Assembly: GCA_051362555.1 (NCBI GenBank) | Contig: CM120640.1 | Span: 3,472,001-3,536,000, forward strand | DNA: 64,000 bases | Origin: Lingula anatina | Taxonomy: Eukaryota > Animalia > Brachiopoda | Direction of reading: 5' to 3' | In this document: in pieces, positions 1 through 13,892 of the stretch | Layout: each line of letters begins with the position of its first letter | Position numbering within the stretch: the stretch's first letter is position 1 | Position numbers and translations under genes: made by a program | The notes under the pieces: model-generated | Databases searched by the model: none | What the model was told of the DNA's origin: nothing | Seen by the model: the letters and a program-made list of their open reading frames with translations, nothing else

Positions 1-2554
1 TTAACGCAAATGTCATTAGTCGTTGAAAAACATTATTTCATTACTTGTGGTTAACGCATAACTAGGTCTTCGTTAAAAGGTCTGAAGGCATGATATTTTC
101 ATTCAGGTTTCCTCCTGTGAGACCTGGACATTACCTGAAGATGCCCGATAGCTTCTGAAAATTATATATTTTTTGTATGCAATCAAAAATTTTCACCATG
201 GGATGTGAAATTGAGTGAATTACACACCAATGGCACTTTAAAGGAGTTGTGGTTTGTCAAAGTAACTGGTGTTGATTAAGGAAAATGGACAATGTTATTT
301 TCAATGGCAGACATATGGTTCCATATCATCTTTGAAGAAGTAGATTTTGAGATTGCAGGAGACGTAAAAGTTGCCCTTGAATGGCACCTGCTACACAAGG
401 TTGAGTAGAGGTTGATGGAATGTATTCTGTGAATGGGTGCAGACTCACCCACAAGTTTAAAAAAGGTTTTAGATAAGGTTATTTTGAGAGATTAATTAAG
501 AAGTTTGCCAGTGAAACTTAAAATGTTACAAGATCAGATCAGAACTTAAGTATACTCAGTGGCCTAAATTTATTGAACTTGACTACATATAATCAATACT
601 TGCCTCAGAAATGAAAATCTCTGAAGATGAGGTGGTGTTTTGAAAGGAAGAAAGAGAGTTGCTTTGCGGTCAACTTAGGAAAACAGCATGGAATTGCAGT
701 GCGCCAAATCTCTGTTTAGATAATGTGACTTTCATTAAGTTTGAAGTAGACAGAGTGAAGGGAAAAGTTGACATTTCCTGCTATCTTTCCTCTAGCCTCG
801 CTGTGTGGTACTAAATGATATATCGAGACAAGGAAACCCAAAGAAGACCATTAAAACTTTGCAGTTACTATGGTGATTATCTGTTCTTTTTTGCCAACAC
901 TCATATTCTAGTGTAGTGATACTTATTATTAATAATTGTGGTAGTCCCTTTACCAAGTGGTTTTATATTTTATATCAAGTTCTTTATGCTTTGTATGTGT
1001 TTATCACAGCGTAGGGAGGGGTTGTTCAATCCAAACTGTTCTAATATCTCCACAGTAAGAGGCATTGTCAACATGTTATGTCCTGGGTGATAGTAATAGA
1101 CAGTTTTGATTAATTCCTTGAAAACAGCCATAAAGATTGGTGAAAAGAGCACCAATAACTAATATTTCCCCAAGGTGAGCTAGCAGGATAACATGAAAGC
1201 AAAAATGTCTGCTTTGATACATTTGAAATAAGGATGTCGCTTTCTGATACATCTGTACGTTATAATTTCTGATGGTCTTGAAGTTCTGTAGTCAGATGAC
1301 AAATCATTCCTGGGTCATTGATGTCTGATCCATCAATATAATTGCCCACCAGTGGCAGTGCTCTCTATAGCTTATCAGATCTAATGTCAGAGGGGAATAA
1401 GTCTAACTTGTCATTTCAGCTGACATAAATGACTCCAAAGCACAATATTTTATTGACCCCACACCTATACTAAAGCTACCCTGTCGGCATTATTGTATTG
1501 GTTTGCCTTCATGACTTTTTTTTTCTTTTTGTTCATTTTAATCATAGTATGTAAATGGCAGTAATCTCTCCTACGTGTGAGTGCCAGAAAGTGAGTAGGA
1601 GGGAGTAAATATCTCCTAAATGACTAGAATGTTACTATGTTTTTGTTTAAGGTTAATAGGAGTTGAGAGCAGATAGTTCACTATCTTTTGGGAATACTGA
1701 AAATTTATTTAAAAATAAACACAACGTTTATATTCTGTTGAATAGGAAATGTTGAGAGGTGAGACCTTTTGACGTGAAAACTACTATATTTTCTTGTTTA
1801 ATAGAAATGTCCAGGCTCAGGTTATGGTGTAAAATAAATCACAAAATCAAAGAGTTGGGAGGTGAAGATGCCACACGCAGTGAATTTAAGGCCAGCAAAT
1901 GATGACATATCAGTAGGAAATCCTGATCTTCTTTTAGTACCAGTACATTAAGTCTAAATTTAGTGTATGTGGTAAGTTGTTTTATGAGCTCATCCAATTT
2001 ATTATAAAAAAAAGCATTTATAATTTAGATGCATACTAAAACACGGGGTTCTATTGGTTAAAAAAAATGTTTCGGCAAAAAAATAAATTTTCCCTTTATT
2101 TTTTTTTATTTTTATTTATTGATTTAATTATTTATTATTATTTATTTTGTTGTTCATTTGGCTTTTTAGTTATCGTCATATAATAAGAAAATTATACTGG
2201 AGTGTCCATGGTGCAGTGCTTTTCCTATTCAGTATCTGAACAGTGGAACTGTGTAAACTTGTTGTCAATTGATCAATAAAGCAAGCATCCATCATTTTAG
2301 AGATATATTTGAAACATCACCACAGTTATGACAAAAAAGAAGCCACATACAAGGAGGAGGTGGTACATATTGAGAGATGGGAGGCTGCATTTATGATTTT
2401 AAGCTATGTAAAAAACTAAACTCTTAGAGCAGTAAAATCATTGGAAAGACCAAATGGTTTGAATAACAGCAATTTATCCCTACAGTTTACATAATTATGA
2501 ATTTCTCTTCACATTTCTGCCAGTTTTTACTGTGACAGACATTTTTTCTTGTGA

Positions 2555-2725
2555 TTTATCAGTTCAGAGGATCCTCATGAATCGAGAGAAAATAATTTCA
2601 TTTTTTTTTTCTTCTATAAAACAGAATGTTCCTAAAAGTGAGATTCCCCATAATGATTTATCAGTTCAGAGGATCCTCATGACTCAAGACAAAATAATTT
2701 CATTTTTTTCTTCTATAAAACAATA
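2555..2725. repeat. Local direct duplication (~97 bp period, 2 imperfect copies)
   Basis: tgatttatcagttcagaggatcctcatga...aaaataatttcatttttttcttctataaaaca occurs twice. Confidence 0.75.
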
Positions 2726-3694
2726 GTTTTATGTGAATGATTAAAAGTAAGATTCCCCATTATGACCCTGCTGGTGTGGTAGAAGTTCTGAAATATATTA
2801 TGTTGTCTTCTCTATGGCAGTTTCATAAATTATATATTAAACTTGAAATCATGATCTCTGCTAGACATCAGGTGAAGTAATTTTACGACCTGGTATGCGT
2901 TTCCAGTGGTATAATAGTAATAATTACTCAGCCTTTGGTTTCATGAATTCACCGATTTAATGGCTGCCACAAATATGTCTGACATGAATTGAAAATTGTC
3001 TGAAAAAGAGCCATTCCATGTCAGACATGATGTCTGGATGGTGTTAACAATTTTCGGGAGAACACTGCTTTGTACCACATGGCAATACAAAAACTTTTTA
3101 TTTTTCAGTAAAATTGGTACAATCAATACATTCTGTCTGTTGCTAGCATTCTGAAATCCTGCATGCATCTTGAATTCATTATCTTTAAGGCTAACTCATC
3201 GATAACATTAAGAATTTATTCAGCAGTTGCAGTTATGCCATTTATCCCTTAAGTGTCATTAGGTGGGATTTACCGTGTTTTTGACAATTTCCATTATTTT
3301 AAGACAATTCCTGTGTGGTATTTTTGTTAAATTTGCCTTGTAGAATGAAACCAATTTGATTAATAGCAGTAAATCCCCATCAGCGATACAGATGCATTCC
3401 ATTTCTATAGAAATATGAAGAATTCAGGCGTATAAGTAGGTTTTTTTTAAAAATCACAATCATCTTCTGTAGCTAGATCAGAGTAGCCCATTGCTTAAAC
3501 AATATCTAAATAATTATGCAAGTGAACTTCAATAGATTAATGCTTGAATAAGGACTTAATTTCAAATTAAGCCTAATCATCAAATGAAAGTGCAAATCCA
3601 TGTTATTTTAAAGAAACATTTTAGGGAAGATAAAAGAAGCTGAACATGATCCATACTGTCTATAGGGGTAATGAAATTGTAACCAAATTATCTT

Positions 3695-4840
3695 TTATGA
3701 AAGAACATGCGTCAGTGTTTCCTTGCGCTCCTCCATTTCACTGGATGAACAAGACTTGCTGTGAGAACACGTGAGTCTCTTTGTTGACACTGTCGTCAAT
3801 TCTGTCTTGTCCATATAAAATGAATGCGATGGCACGTATTGATACTTCCTGCAACACAACTTGCGGAACTCGACTTTTAGGAGTTTTCTGAACCGCTTCC
3901 CAACAGCACAGTATATCAGAAAGTTCAGAGAAGAGTTCAGAATGACCATAACATTGCTAAACACAGCAAAATATCTATAGTTCATCAGAGTAGAGTGTTC
4001 CGCCAGGTGGTAAATAATTTCACCCCATATATGAGTTATCATGGCAGGGACTTGGCAAATAATGAATACAACAACTATCAAAACCAACACCAAAGTTATG
4101 GAGGACTCACTTTTCTTCTCCAGTACTTTAATCGGAACTCCCATGTTCTTTCTTGCCTTGCTGGCCTGGCGCAGTGAGCATGTTAGGTTAATGTTGATAA
4201 AACTGACCGTAATGAGAGGGATGACCGCATTGACCAATGAGTAGAGGACCACTGTATAGAATATTCGGTAGTTAGGGTTATTGTACAGCTCTGTGAAGTC
4301 AAAACTCATCTTCATAGAGCACCCATCTTCTGTGATGTAGTTTTCAAAGAATCTTGGAATATTGAACAACACTGAGAAAATAGTCACCCCGATTACCTCC
4401 TTCCGTGCGTGAGAAATGGTGCACAGCATCCTTGCCTTAGTGGGCCAGCAGATGGCAATGTAGCGTTCAATGGCGACCACCAGCACCATCCATATCGTGG
4501 ACGTCTGCGCCATCATAGCAAACGGCCAAATTGACACCGCGGTATACGCCTTGTAATGTGAGTAGCTGTCCATTTTGAAGTAGTGCATTAGTCCCGGTAC
4601 CACGTACATCAACAGTGAAGTTACCAGCATCAGGCTATCAGCTACAGCAACAGTTCTTAGGAGGAAGAAAGTGGGAGAGCTCCCGTTTTCTCTGAACAGT
4701 ATGACAAAGGAGAGGGCATTGCCGATGAGACCAAATATACACATTGGTCCTATGATTCCAATTTCTATCACATACTGGAAGGCAAGAAAATCCTCCTCAT
4801 CATTTTCAAAGTCATATGTACAGTTTGAAGAACTATTCAT
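3695..4840 (-). CDS. Intronless class A GPCR, FMRFamide-receptor-like peptide receptor family (381 aa), nested antisense in an eRF1 intron
   Basis: Seven hydrophobic segments; GN in TM1, AVAD in TM2, ERY at the end of TM3, NIPRFFE in TM4, CQVP in TM6, NSSLNFLIYC (the NFxIY variant of NPxxY typical of this family), helix 8 FRK and a CC palmitoylation pair; N-terminal NSS/NCT glycosylation sequons. Confidence 0.9.
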   Translation of the reverse strand: MNSSSNCTYDFENDEEDFLAFQYVIEIGIIGPMCIFGLIGNALSFVILFRENGSSPTFFLLRTVAVADSLMLVTSLLMYVVPGLMHYFKMDSYSHYKAYTAVSIWPFAMMAQTSTIWMVLVVAIERYIAICWPTKARMLCTISHARKEVIGVTIFSVLFNIPRFFENYITEDGCSMKMSFDFTELYNNPNYRIFYTVVLYSLVNAVIPLITVSFININLTCSLRQASKARKNMGVPIKVLEKKSESSITLVLVLIVVVFIICQVPAMITHIWGEIIYHLAEHSTLMNYRYFAVFSNVMVILNSSLNFLIYCAVGKRFRKLLKVEFRKLCCRKYQYVPSHSFYMDKTELTTVSTKRLTCSHSKSCSSSEMEERKETLTHVLS

Positions 4841-7800
4841 CTTGAATATTTTTGTTTTGTTTTTACTGAATCTTCAGTTATTTTTTCATAACTTTTGCTT
4901 TGAAATAATCACAGTTCTCCTTTATATAGCAGTGATGTTGAACTGTTTTCTCTATTTAAGAATATCTTGCTGTCCTCATTGTAGACACTTGACACCTTTA
5001 GATATGCTTCAAGAAAAGTCCCAGTTCCCAGATTCTCTTAAATTCAAAAGAAAATCAAATGAAGACAAGATCCACTAATATCCACTTGTCACTTTGAAAA
5101 GAGATCCTTTTTTCTTACTGAAGAAAGGAAAATGAACACTCCTGCGTTGAGGAAAATGTGTAGAAACATTGGCTCTGGACTGATTTCCTGATTCAGTGAT
5201 GTACAAAAAACTCTGCGCAATGTGTGGTTCACTGCTAATGGTTCAGTTTGAGTGGAGAACTACTTGCCGCTGACAGCTGGCTAGTCATACATCACAAAAC
5301 TATCCTAATCTCTTTGATGATCATCGGATCTCCTTGAATATTACCCGCAAAACTCACTAACCTGGCAGTATTTGGCTCTCCTCAGTGCCATACCTAGCAA
5401 GTTGCCACAATGAAGACTGACCCCCCTTTTCCAGCCTCACAAATGTGCCATAAGACTTTCAGCCAATCAGAACTGCTGGTTTGAATCCATTGTGAAAGCG
5501 ATGGTCGTCTGCCTTTTTGTCAGTATATCTGGAGGATAAAACCCATAAAACAATTGGTTTAAGACATAGATCAAGTAAAATACTCTCAACTTGCCCTCAA
5601 TATATAGGTATATCTGTGTGGGTGGGTGGGGAAAACGTCATATTAGCCTTAAGTGCCTTTTAAAGGGAGGAAAATTAACACCAAAATGGGAAGCCTTTTT
5701 TTCCATTCTGTTTTCATCTCTCTTTTATGGCTTGAATTGTTTCCAGTAGGAAACACATGGATTGGATCTCAAATAATTTAGTTTATGTTTTAGTTACATA
5801 TTAAGCTGCATGTTTGAACATGGTGTTAAAAGGCTGCAAAATTAGTTGAAAGTGTTGTTTATGACTTCATAGATTCCTTCAGTTTATTGCCGTGTTGTAA
5901 TGTGTGTAAAAATTTCAATCAATACCTCTGCCAACTGGGAACTCCTGCCAAAGAAAGCATCTGCTGCATTAGCTCGGAGCTCCATCATGAAATGACGGGG
6001 AAGCTGATTAAAAGGTTAACAAGGACAGCGGGGTCACCAAGATGTTGGTTCATGTGAATTAAATCCGACTGCATCTATCCTCAGGTACAAGCATTTTTGC
6101 CAGACCCACCTCAAAAACTGCAGGAAGTTAATTGGAAAAAGCACTTGTTCTCTGCATTTATAGACCTTGACAAAGTGTTAATAGAAGCTGCACACCTTCA
6201 CAGTCAGGGGACTTGACTCTGGTCCTTACTCCCCGGGGTCCTCTCCAGGGTCCTCACCAGGCTAGCGGTGAGGAGAGGATGAGAACCATCTCCAAGACTG
6301 TGGGTGGTGGGATATGTGAAGTAACACAGTAACCCAGCCATCAACATTGTTCTCTCAATTCTATTTTAAAAGTTTTTTTTAAAGTAGGATAAAAATATCT
6401 ATTTGTATCAACACATTTGTACTTAACCAGACTTAGAGATAACATGTATATGTAGTCATGAGCATTTACCATTATGCATATTTTGTTACAATATGTTGTA
6501 ATGATAGTGGAATAAGTACGGATGTTTGACATAAGCACTAGTAATTGCTGTCACAACACCATCTCATAATACTTTATTATACTTCATATAGCCGTAAGCA
6601 GTTTTATAAGCCATGTATTATGTCATTAGTAAGGGATGTGTATGCTGGTAAGGAAGCTATTAAACATTTAGATCTGTCAGCAACACTTATATCTGCAGGT
6701 TGGAAAATGTTATCGCAGAGTTGGCTTTTGAAATTAGGCTAAGATAGGTTTATAGCTATAATTTTTCTATAGGGTGTGCCATGGTAATTAAATGTACTCG
6801 ATCTATGCGGGATTTACCTGCCAACATGATCTTTTCTCCAAGGGGAAAAAAGCAATTTTCTTCTATTCACGCATCATTGCGTGATCGGTCCCTGCACTTT
6901 GATTCAATGTTTTATTCTAATTTTAATTTAATGACGCAGCAACTTCCTTAACATTTATGTACTTTTATTTCAGGTTTTATAGTTTTTAAGGTCTGATTTG
7001 GGAAATACTATATAAGGATATGTAGACAAAAAATATTACTTGGGGATTTTTCAAAACCTACCTTTAAGGTAAAAGTACTGAAATTTCTAGGAAAAGTAAT
7101 GTTTTGCTGTACAAAGATAAATCTAAATTGTGTGCCTTAATTATTTAAAGTATCGGCACTTGCTGAGATAGAACACCCCTTTTTTGTAGTTTATGCAGCT
7201 AATGATTTTTTTTTTTTTTTACCAAAGAAACCAAAATAACATATTAGCTGATTTTATAAATTAACTTGGAACGTGCCAGATAAAACATTTGGGGATATCA
7301 GGTCTACATTAATAGTAAGTTATAACCTGTTCACACAGTGAAGGCACATGCTGACTGTGGAGATATTGGGTATTGACATATAGTCAGAGATGTGTTACCC
7401 ACAGTTAGGACACACGATAGAATCTCTTCTGCTGAAGGTAATGCGTACTTGCTTGATGAGTTATGGAACTGGATCTCTATAATGTCCTTAATTAATGGGG
7501 GACGTAAAGAGATTGCGGAGAAGTGGCCCAATTCCAGAGAAAGTCTCTGCCCCTAAGCCGTGCTTGACATTTGGATGCATGGTTCAGAGGCACAGTGTCT
7601 GTTGTCTGGCAGTATGGATATGAAGATGAATGGTTATTAGATTTTGAATTAGTGCAAATAATGGAAGTACCTGGTAGGGAACAAGAACTGGATGTTGTCC
7701 AGTGATTGCTTGTTCTTATGTCACTCCTCAGCTCTCTAGATGGTACTAGGTAACTAACTTGTGGAGGCGGCACAAGTTTTTGTTTCTTGAAATAATGCAG

Positions 7801-8330
7801 TGGAAGTCTGCTGGGAACCATAGACAATTAAGCTTTCTCCTAGGGATTTGGAATGAAATGCTAATGTTGTCCCGGAGCAGGATGAAATGGGGATATTGGG
7901 AATAGAACTGGTGTGATCTGTAGAAAAATAACATTAGTGACTATTTTCCCAAAGTTTTTTTTTTCCAAATAAAAAAACTAACTTTTGATGTAATGTAGAA
8001 GATTTGATTAATATTTGCTTTTAGAACATGATTCAAAGCAACCCATGAGGTGAATGATCAGCCCAACACAGATTATCATTAGTGAGCGTGATTACGTAAT
8101 TGGAGGGGCAATAAAAAGTCTACGCTCGGGAGTAAAAACTGAACATTTATTACTGAAACTGCCTGTTAACATAGCTTTGATATTGGCAGAAGCAAGTATT
8201 TGTTGTTTTTGTGGTGAAAATGCATCTTTTCACCTTTGCAAATGGATTTTGCATGTGCTGATAAATGGGATTTCAGTATTCAGTAATTTTGAGGAGTCTA
8301 CGACAGTGTATTTTATGTTAAAAACAGATG

Positions 8331-8501
8331 CTGGGGTAGCGCTAACACTTGCCAATTTAGCCAAATGCTAAAATTGACTGAAATTGGCTAAACAAAATGG
8401 GGTTGATATGAATTATTTTAGTCAAATTTAAACCATTTGGACCAAAAAGCAATGAAAAAGTGGAATTTGGCTAAACAAAAAAAATTGCTAGCACCACCCT
8501 G
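8331..8501. mobile_element. MITE-like element, copy 1 (related copy at 27029-27200)
   Basis: Starts ggggtagcgctaaca and ends tgctagcaccaccctg (imperfect TIR); internal sequence aligns by eye with 27029-27200. Confidence 0.7.
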
Positions 8502-9117
8502 GAGATGTATAAAAAGACCCACAAAACACCTGCATGGGAAAGATTAAAAATTCAAAATGGTTGCCAAATACCATAGGAATATACATAGTAGCATACATGA
8601 TCTTACCTCATGCTACTGCTTCGGCCCAGTCATGCCCTGGAAATATGTCTATATGAATCCCTTCACTATTTGGAATATTGATGCCATTTCATCAATCCAA
8701 AATGGTATGTGATGGCCTTTTCATATTTTTTGTGTTTCCCAATCAGGGATTTTGTGGGACTTTTGTTATTCATGATGCTTTTGGGACTTCGTGGAAATGC
8801 TTTGTGAAAAACTTCTATTGCAATTTTCCCAGGTTCACCCCTATCTAGCCTGGGCTACATTGTGAAAATTGCAAAATACACTTGTTAGGATTCATAAATA
8901 AACAAGCTTTATTATCAGTATCATAATTTTTTACATGAGTATTGATGAAAAAATTGATATTGCTGTATCTTCCCTCTCTTTTGCAACATACCTTTGAAAG
9001 TAATTTTTTTAGGAAAGTAAAATTTGTTTTAGTAGACTGAATCAAGAGAATGAATAGATGTTGATTTTTTCAGTTAAACTCGTAGTAATGTTTTTGTATT
9101 ATTTGATCTCATTTCAG

Positions 9118-12100
9118 ACTGGAGTGGAACTGGAGTTGTCAGACAGCCAGCCATTACTGGAGTGGTTAGCTAACAACTACAAAACTTTCGGCAAGTATTC
9201 ATTGAAAATCTAAGCCAAACAGCTCGAATTTGGCAGCTGATACATTTTTTGGGGGCAAATTAATGAGAAATTTATGAATAGTGCGATTCAAATGTTTTTG
9301 ATATAACAATACTTAAGTTTTTAGCATTTACCAAATATTTTGTCTTGTGTTGCTTACTTGGAAACTACTTTGAATTCATTGTTATACTTAAAATGTTAAT
9401 ATTGGTTTGTTAGACAGTAATTAGTCCAATCAACTGGTAAGATATGAAGTCATTAGTATGATCAAACCAGGCGAATAAATAAACCTAAATTTTGTGAGTA
9501 ATTATTAAAATATGTCAAAAGGACTGGCCATAATTTATTTCCTTGTTTTTCTGTAATGATCAGGTGCCACTTTGGAGATAATCACGGACAGATCGCAAGA
9601 AGGAGCACAGTTTGTAAAAGGATTTGGAGGAATAGGAGGTAAACACCTTAAGGGTTTTAACGCAACACACCTGGAGACCAGTTTTGCTTAATCATCACGT
9701 TACAGTTTAGGAGGATGTTGCTTAATTGAGTGGTAAATCACAATAAATAAATAAAAAATGCTACAAAAGTGCCCAGAGAGCATGAGAACAAAAATCCAGT
9801 CAAAGCTTCTCATTTTTCATTATAATTAATTGATGGATCAACACCAAATTCTAAACAGTTCCAAGTTAGCCCATTTCTGATGTTTCACGAAAATTTTTTC
9901 AAAGTGTGTCCTTAACTTTCTGAGTTATGCTGTTCATTGATTACCCAACAAAGGCAAAAACTTAACCTGGGGGCAGTTATAGATAAATAAATACTTTATA
10001 GTCACAGCTTGAGATTGAGCTCAAAATAGGTAGGACTTAAAAAACTAGATGCTCTTGCTCTAAAATTTTGACCAGCAGTAATAATTTCAAGTGTTGGAAA
10101 AAGGAAATATTAAAGAAATGCCAAACTCCTCACTTAAAATTAATCTGGACATCAACAAGTGTACTCTAACCATTCTCTGAAGGGTTGCCTGAAATGCAGG
10201 AATTCGTGCGTGCCGTACACTTTCCTTACGTAATGCTCACAGACGAGGAAGATCTAGCTGGTGCCTGTCTTTGAAGTTGATTGGAATTTCTCTACCTTGT
10301 TGAGTTTGGTTTAGGTTTATCTATGGTCTAGAGATTTTACAGGTTGGAGAGGCAGACAGTGTTGGGAGTGAGTATCTGTTTAGTTACCCTGAGTGGCATA
10401 GAAATGACAGGAACTTTGCTTAAGACAATTGACAGGTGCCTCTATGAGCAACCGTGATTAATTTACGTCATGGAAACAAAGAAGACATGTACCTAGGAAA
10501 ATGTATGGCCTACACTAAAAGGAATTTATTATAACAAAATGAATAAATAAACTTTTTGCACCGGATATATGGGCTATGTGACATGGACACTAGAAAAATG
10601 GTGTAGTGCATGAAGGAGTTTGAGGCACCAGGTGCTATCTGTGCCTTAGAACTTCACTCATATTTTTACTTCATGGCAATATACACGCCCACATGTGGGG
10701 TGGCAAAGGAAGACAGCCGACTTCTGTTGGTCAGGTCATGAACAGACATTGGTTACAGGGGCCAGAATCGCCCTGCCCCCCCTACCCCGCCCCTTTCAAA
10801 AAAAAAAAAAAAAACTTGAAATTTGGTCCCAGGATAAAAAGATTTAAGTCCCGCCTAAATGGGAATATTTGGATGTTTTACAAATTATGAATGTACTGTA
10901 TTAGAGTGATGCTTTATGTAAGCAGACTACTACAGGTTGAACCAGAAGTGAAGGTGACCAATAATTTTGACCTTAAAGCTCAGACCAGCTGCAGCACCCT
11001 ATCTGATTTATGATCAAAAAGGAAGCAGTTTTCACATGTTCAAAAGTCATTGCTCGACCCATCCCTGCACTTGGATTCAATGTTTTGTAACATGCTGAAT
11101 AACTTGATTCTAAATGAATCATAATGCGTCACTGAGATTTAAATGAATCATAATTCAACTTATCTTTCTGTCATCTTGGAAGAGGTTTTTACAACAGGTA
11201 TTTTTTTTATTTGTGGTGGGGGGTCGGTATAGTATTTGAGGTTTAAATTTGAAAAATAAGTTTTCAGATTATTCAAACAAAAAATATGATTTATGAATAT
11301 TTTCAATTTGGCTTCTTTATAAAACGGGGTTTTTCCTTACACATGCACCATTCCTATAAAATTTTAGAAATATTACATCATAGAGACAAAGATTTGACTT
11401 AAGTTATCTGTAATATGACAAAGATCTAAGAAGCAGTGCAACACCCAGGGTGTATGTAGTTAACTGGAAGCATGAGCCCCATGGATAACCACAGCCAACA
11501 GCAGCGTGACACCCAGGGTGTATGTAGTTAACTGGAAGCATTAGCCCCATGGATAACCACAGCCAACAGCAGCGTGACACCCAGGGTGTATGTAGTTAAC
11601 TGGAAGCATGAGCCCCATGGATAACCACAGCCAACAGCAGCGTGACACCCAGGGTGTATGTAGTTAACTGGAAGCACGAGCCCCATGGATAACCACAGCC
11701 AACAGCAGGGAATATGCCTTGCCTAGATTGCAAGTCTTTATATCTGCAGCTGGTTCTGATTTTTAATTCTGGAATACTTACTTTTAAAGCTTATTAAGGT
11801 TTTAGTTGGGTGTAAACGGAATCTTAACATGCATTCTCTTATGATTGACTGCCAGCTGAACATGTTTCCACTTGATTAAATTGCTTCATGTTGCCTCTGT
11901 TGGTGAGGAAGTGAGCAGTTTACTGCCAAGAACTTGAGAGATTTTCCACTTTGTGTAAATTAAGTGATCAGTTAAAAACACATTAAGAAATTCTATGAGA
12001 ATGAGGGCTGAAAGATAAAGGAGTGTCTGCTAACTTCATATAGAATGATTTTCTTTTTAAGGAGGCCTTTATGACTATTGCTATATGAATATGAAAGAAC

Positions 12101-13027
12101 TATAGCTGGGTTGTGTATTTATTTTGAAGAAAAAAAAATAAGGAAGACTCTGAGAACACTGCAAACGTCAATGTAAATTCATTTTTCACATCATGTCAAC
12201 TTTATTTTGGGTCTTTATTTCTTACCTGGGTGTGACAAATGCAAAATAGTAACCTCTAATCTTTGGAGATGGCTTTGCAATCCTTTTTGTTATTCAAAAT
12301 ACAAGTTAAAGAGGTAACAGTCTTGTTTTCCAGGTTGATAGATTTCCCAGGTGTAAAAATAAAAAAATTGTTCATCCCACACAAAACCAGGCATTAAACT
12401 TCACAATGCATTACATCCAATCACCCTGCTTACATGAATGGGCAGCCTCTCAGGGCATACTGCCTCTCTGTAATTTCTTTGCTTATTGGTATTTATTGCC
12501 TGTTTTATATGTAGTAAAAAGTGGGAACAAGGATATTAAGGCCTGCTGGGCCGGAAATATTTGGAGAAATTTCAAGAAAAGAGCGTGCATGAGATATGAT
12601 GGATTGATAGGATTCATATGCATTCAGATAGATCTAGTTCAGTGATCTGCATTGTGTGGTTAAATTTGCGAGTGTGGGGTGATTAACTGATCTTTTTAAT
12701 ATAGGCTTATTAAAATTCCGATTCCTATTTGGGAAATATCCTGAATGAGAATGATTTTTTCAGTTATAATAAAAGCTTCTCAGAACAGTAAATGTACTGA
12801 ACTGCAGTGGTTTTGTTTGCATGAACTTATGAGTTGACATGTACTGTTATTGTAACTGTAAACTTTAAATTACTGTAACAATAATGCTTCTGGTTGTGAC
12901 ATTTTGCACTTCATATATCTGTCATTATATCCTCTTTCCAGGAATCCTGCGTTATCAGGTGGACTTCCAGATGATGGAGGGCCCTATGGACGGAGAGTTT
13001 GACGACTGGGACATGGACGATTACTAA
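9118..13027 (+). CDS. ETF1: Eukaryotic peptide chain release factor 1, last three coding exons (9118-9190, 9564-9638, 12942-13027); 5' part lies left of the window
   Basis: Spliced translation [77 protein letters not shown] matches the eRF1 C-terminus (PLLEW..NNY..FG, GFGGIGGILRY, acidic tail ending DDY). AG acceptors, one GC donor and one GT donor; phases consistent. Confidence 0.95.
11441..11708. repeat. Minisatellite, 68-bp unit x ~4, in the last eRF1 intron
   Basis: Unit acacccagggtgtatgtagttaactggaagcatgagccccatggataaccacagccaacagcagcgtg starts at 11441, 11509, 11577 and 11645; near-identical copies with no spacers. Confidence 0.95.
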
Positions 13028-13892
13028 ACTTCTTTATGCAACACAAGACTGCAGGACAAGACTGCAGGGGGGGGGGGGGGGGGGGGGATACAGAGGATGA
13101 AATAGACCCACATTTCTAAGAATAAGATGAACATTTGGAGAAGCACACATTGTTTTCACTTTGCTGTGATGGTGAATAATGTACCGTGTACTAGTCAACT
13201 GCCACAGGGCTCCATCTACACTGTCTGCTGTATTTGTGTTGAAGTGAATCAAGACTTGATGCCGAAAACAAAAAGAAGACATTTATCTGCAGGTGGACTT
13301 TTAATTTAAGAAAAACTGATTAAATTTTGGTTGTACCCTCAGAAGATAGCAGGAAGAAGATCATTAACTTGTTGACAACATTTGTGTTGAATACCCAGCA
13401 ATATGTGGAATGTATTGCCATCTTCATTTTCTGTTCTGTGTATTGAGTTATAGCACAGTCAGAACTCATTTCTGAGAAAGCTATGTCATTCATATTTGGA
13501 CAATTATCTGACAGCCTTTTCAATTATTTCAACTTTAACAGTATCCCAGCTTGAAACTTCCACTAAAATGTTGGTTTCTAGGCAGCAAAGTGGCAATACC
13601 AAAATACCTTCCAGTTGATTTAACTAGTTATGAGAGCAGAATGTTTATTTGCTCGTTAAAGAAATATTTATTTGTGCTCTGTGTGAGTCAGAATTTTCAA
13701 GGTTATTAATGGGATTTTCAATGCAAATCCCTTTAATTTGCAAATCTTGTCTAATACGGTAGAAGGAGCTACTGTTTATTTTACGAAAGAAATGCTTTTG
13801 ATATTTCCAGAGGTTGAACATTTCCCAGTGACTGTCTGTATTGCTGCAGTCTATTTTTTAGATCCTGTCTATTTAACTAATGTCAGACCAGA

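Noticed and set aside
60-800. Possible decayed retroelement coding sequence
   Set aside because: No open frame or firm RT/endonuclease motif could be read.
7331-7934. Overlapping short minus-strand ORFs behind an acceptor-like ttttctacag (~7918)
   Set aside because: No recognisable protein and no good donor; possibly a 5' UTR exon of the GPCR, but not supportable.
11441-11708. Regular repeat resembling a CRISPR array
   Set aside because: Units are contiguous with no unique spacers, there are no cas genes, and it sits in a eukaryotic intron: a minisatellite.
13025-13105. Stop-codon readthrough of eRF1
   Set aside because: The stop is UAA-A, not a leaky UGA-C context, and the extension would be a short poly-Gly peptide.
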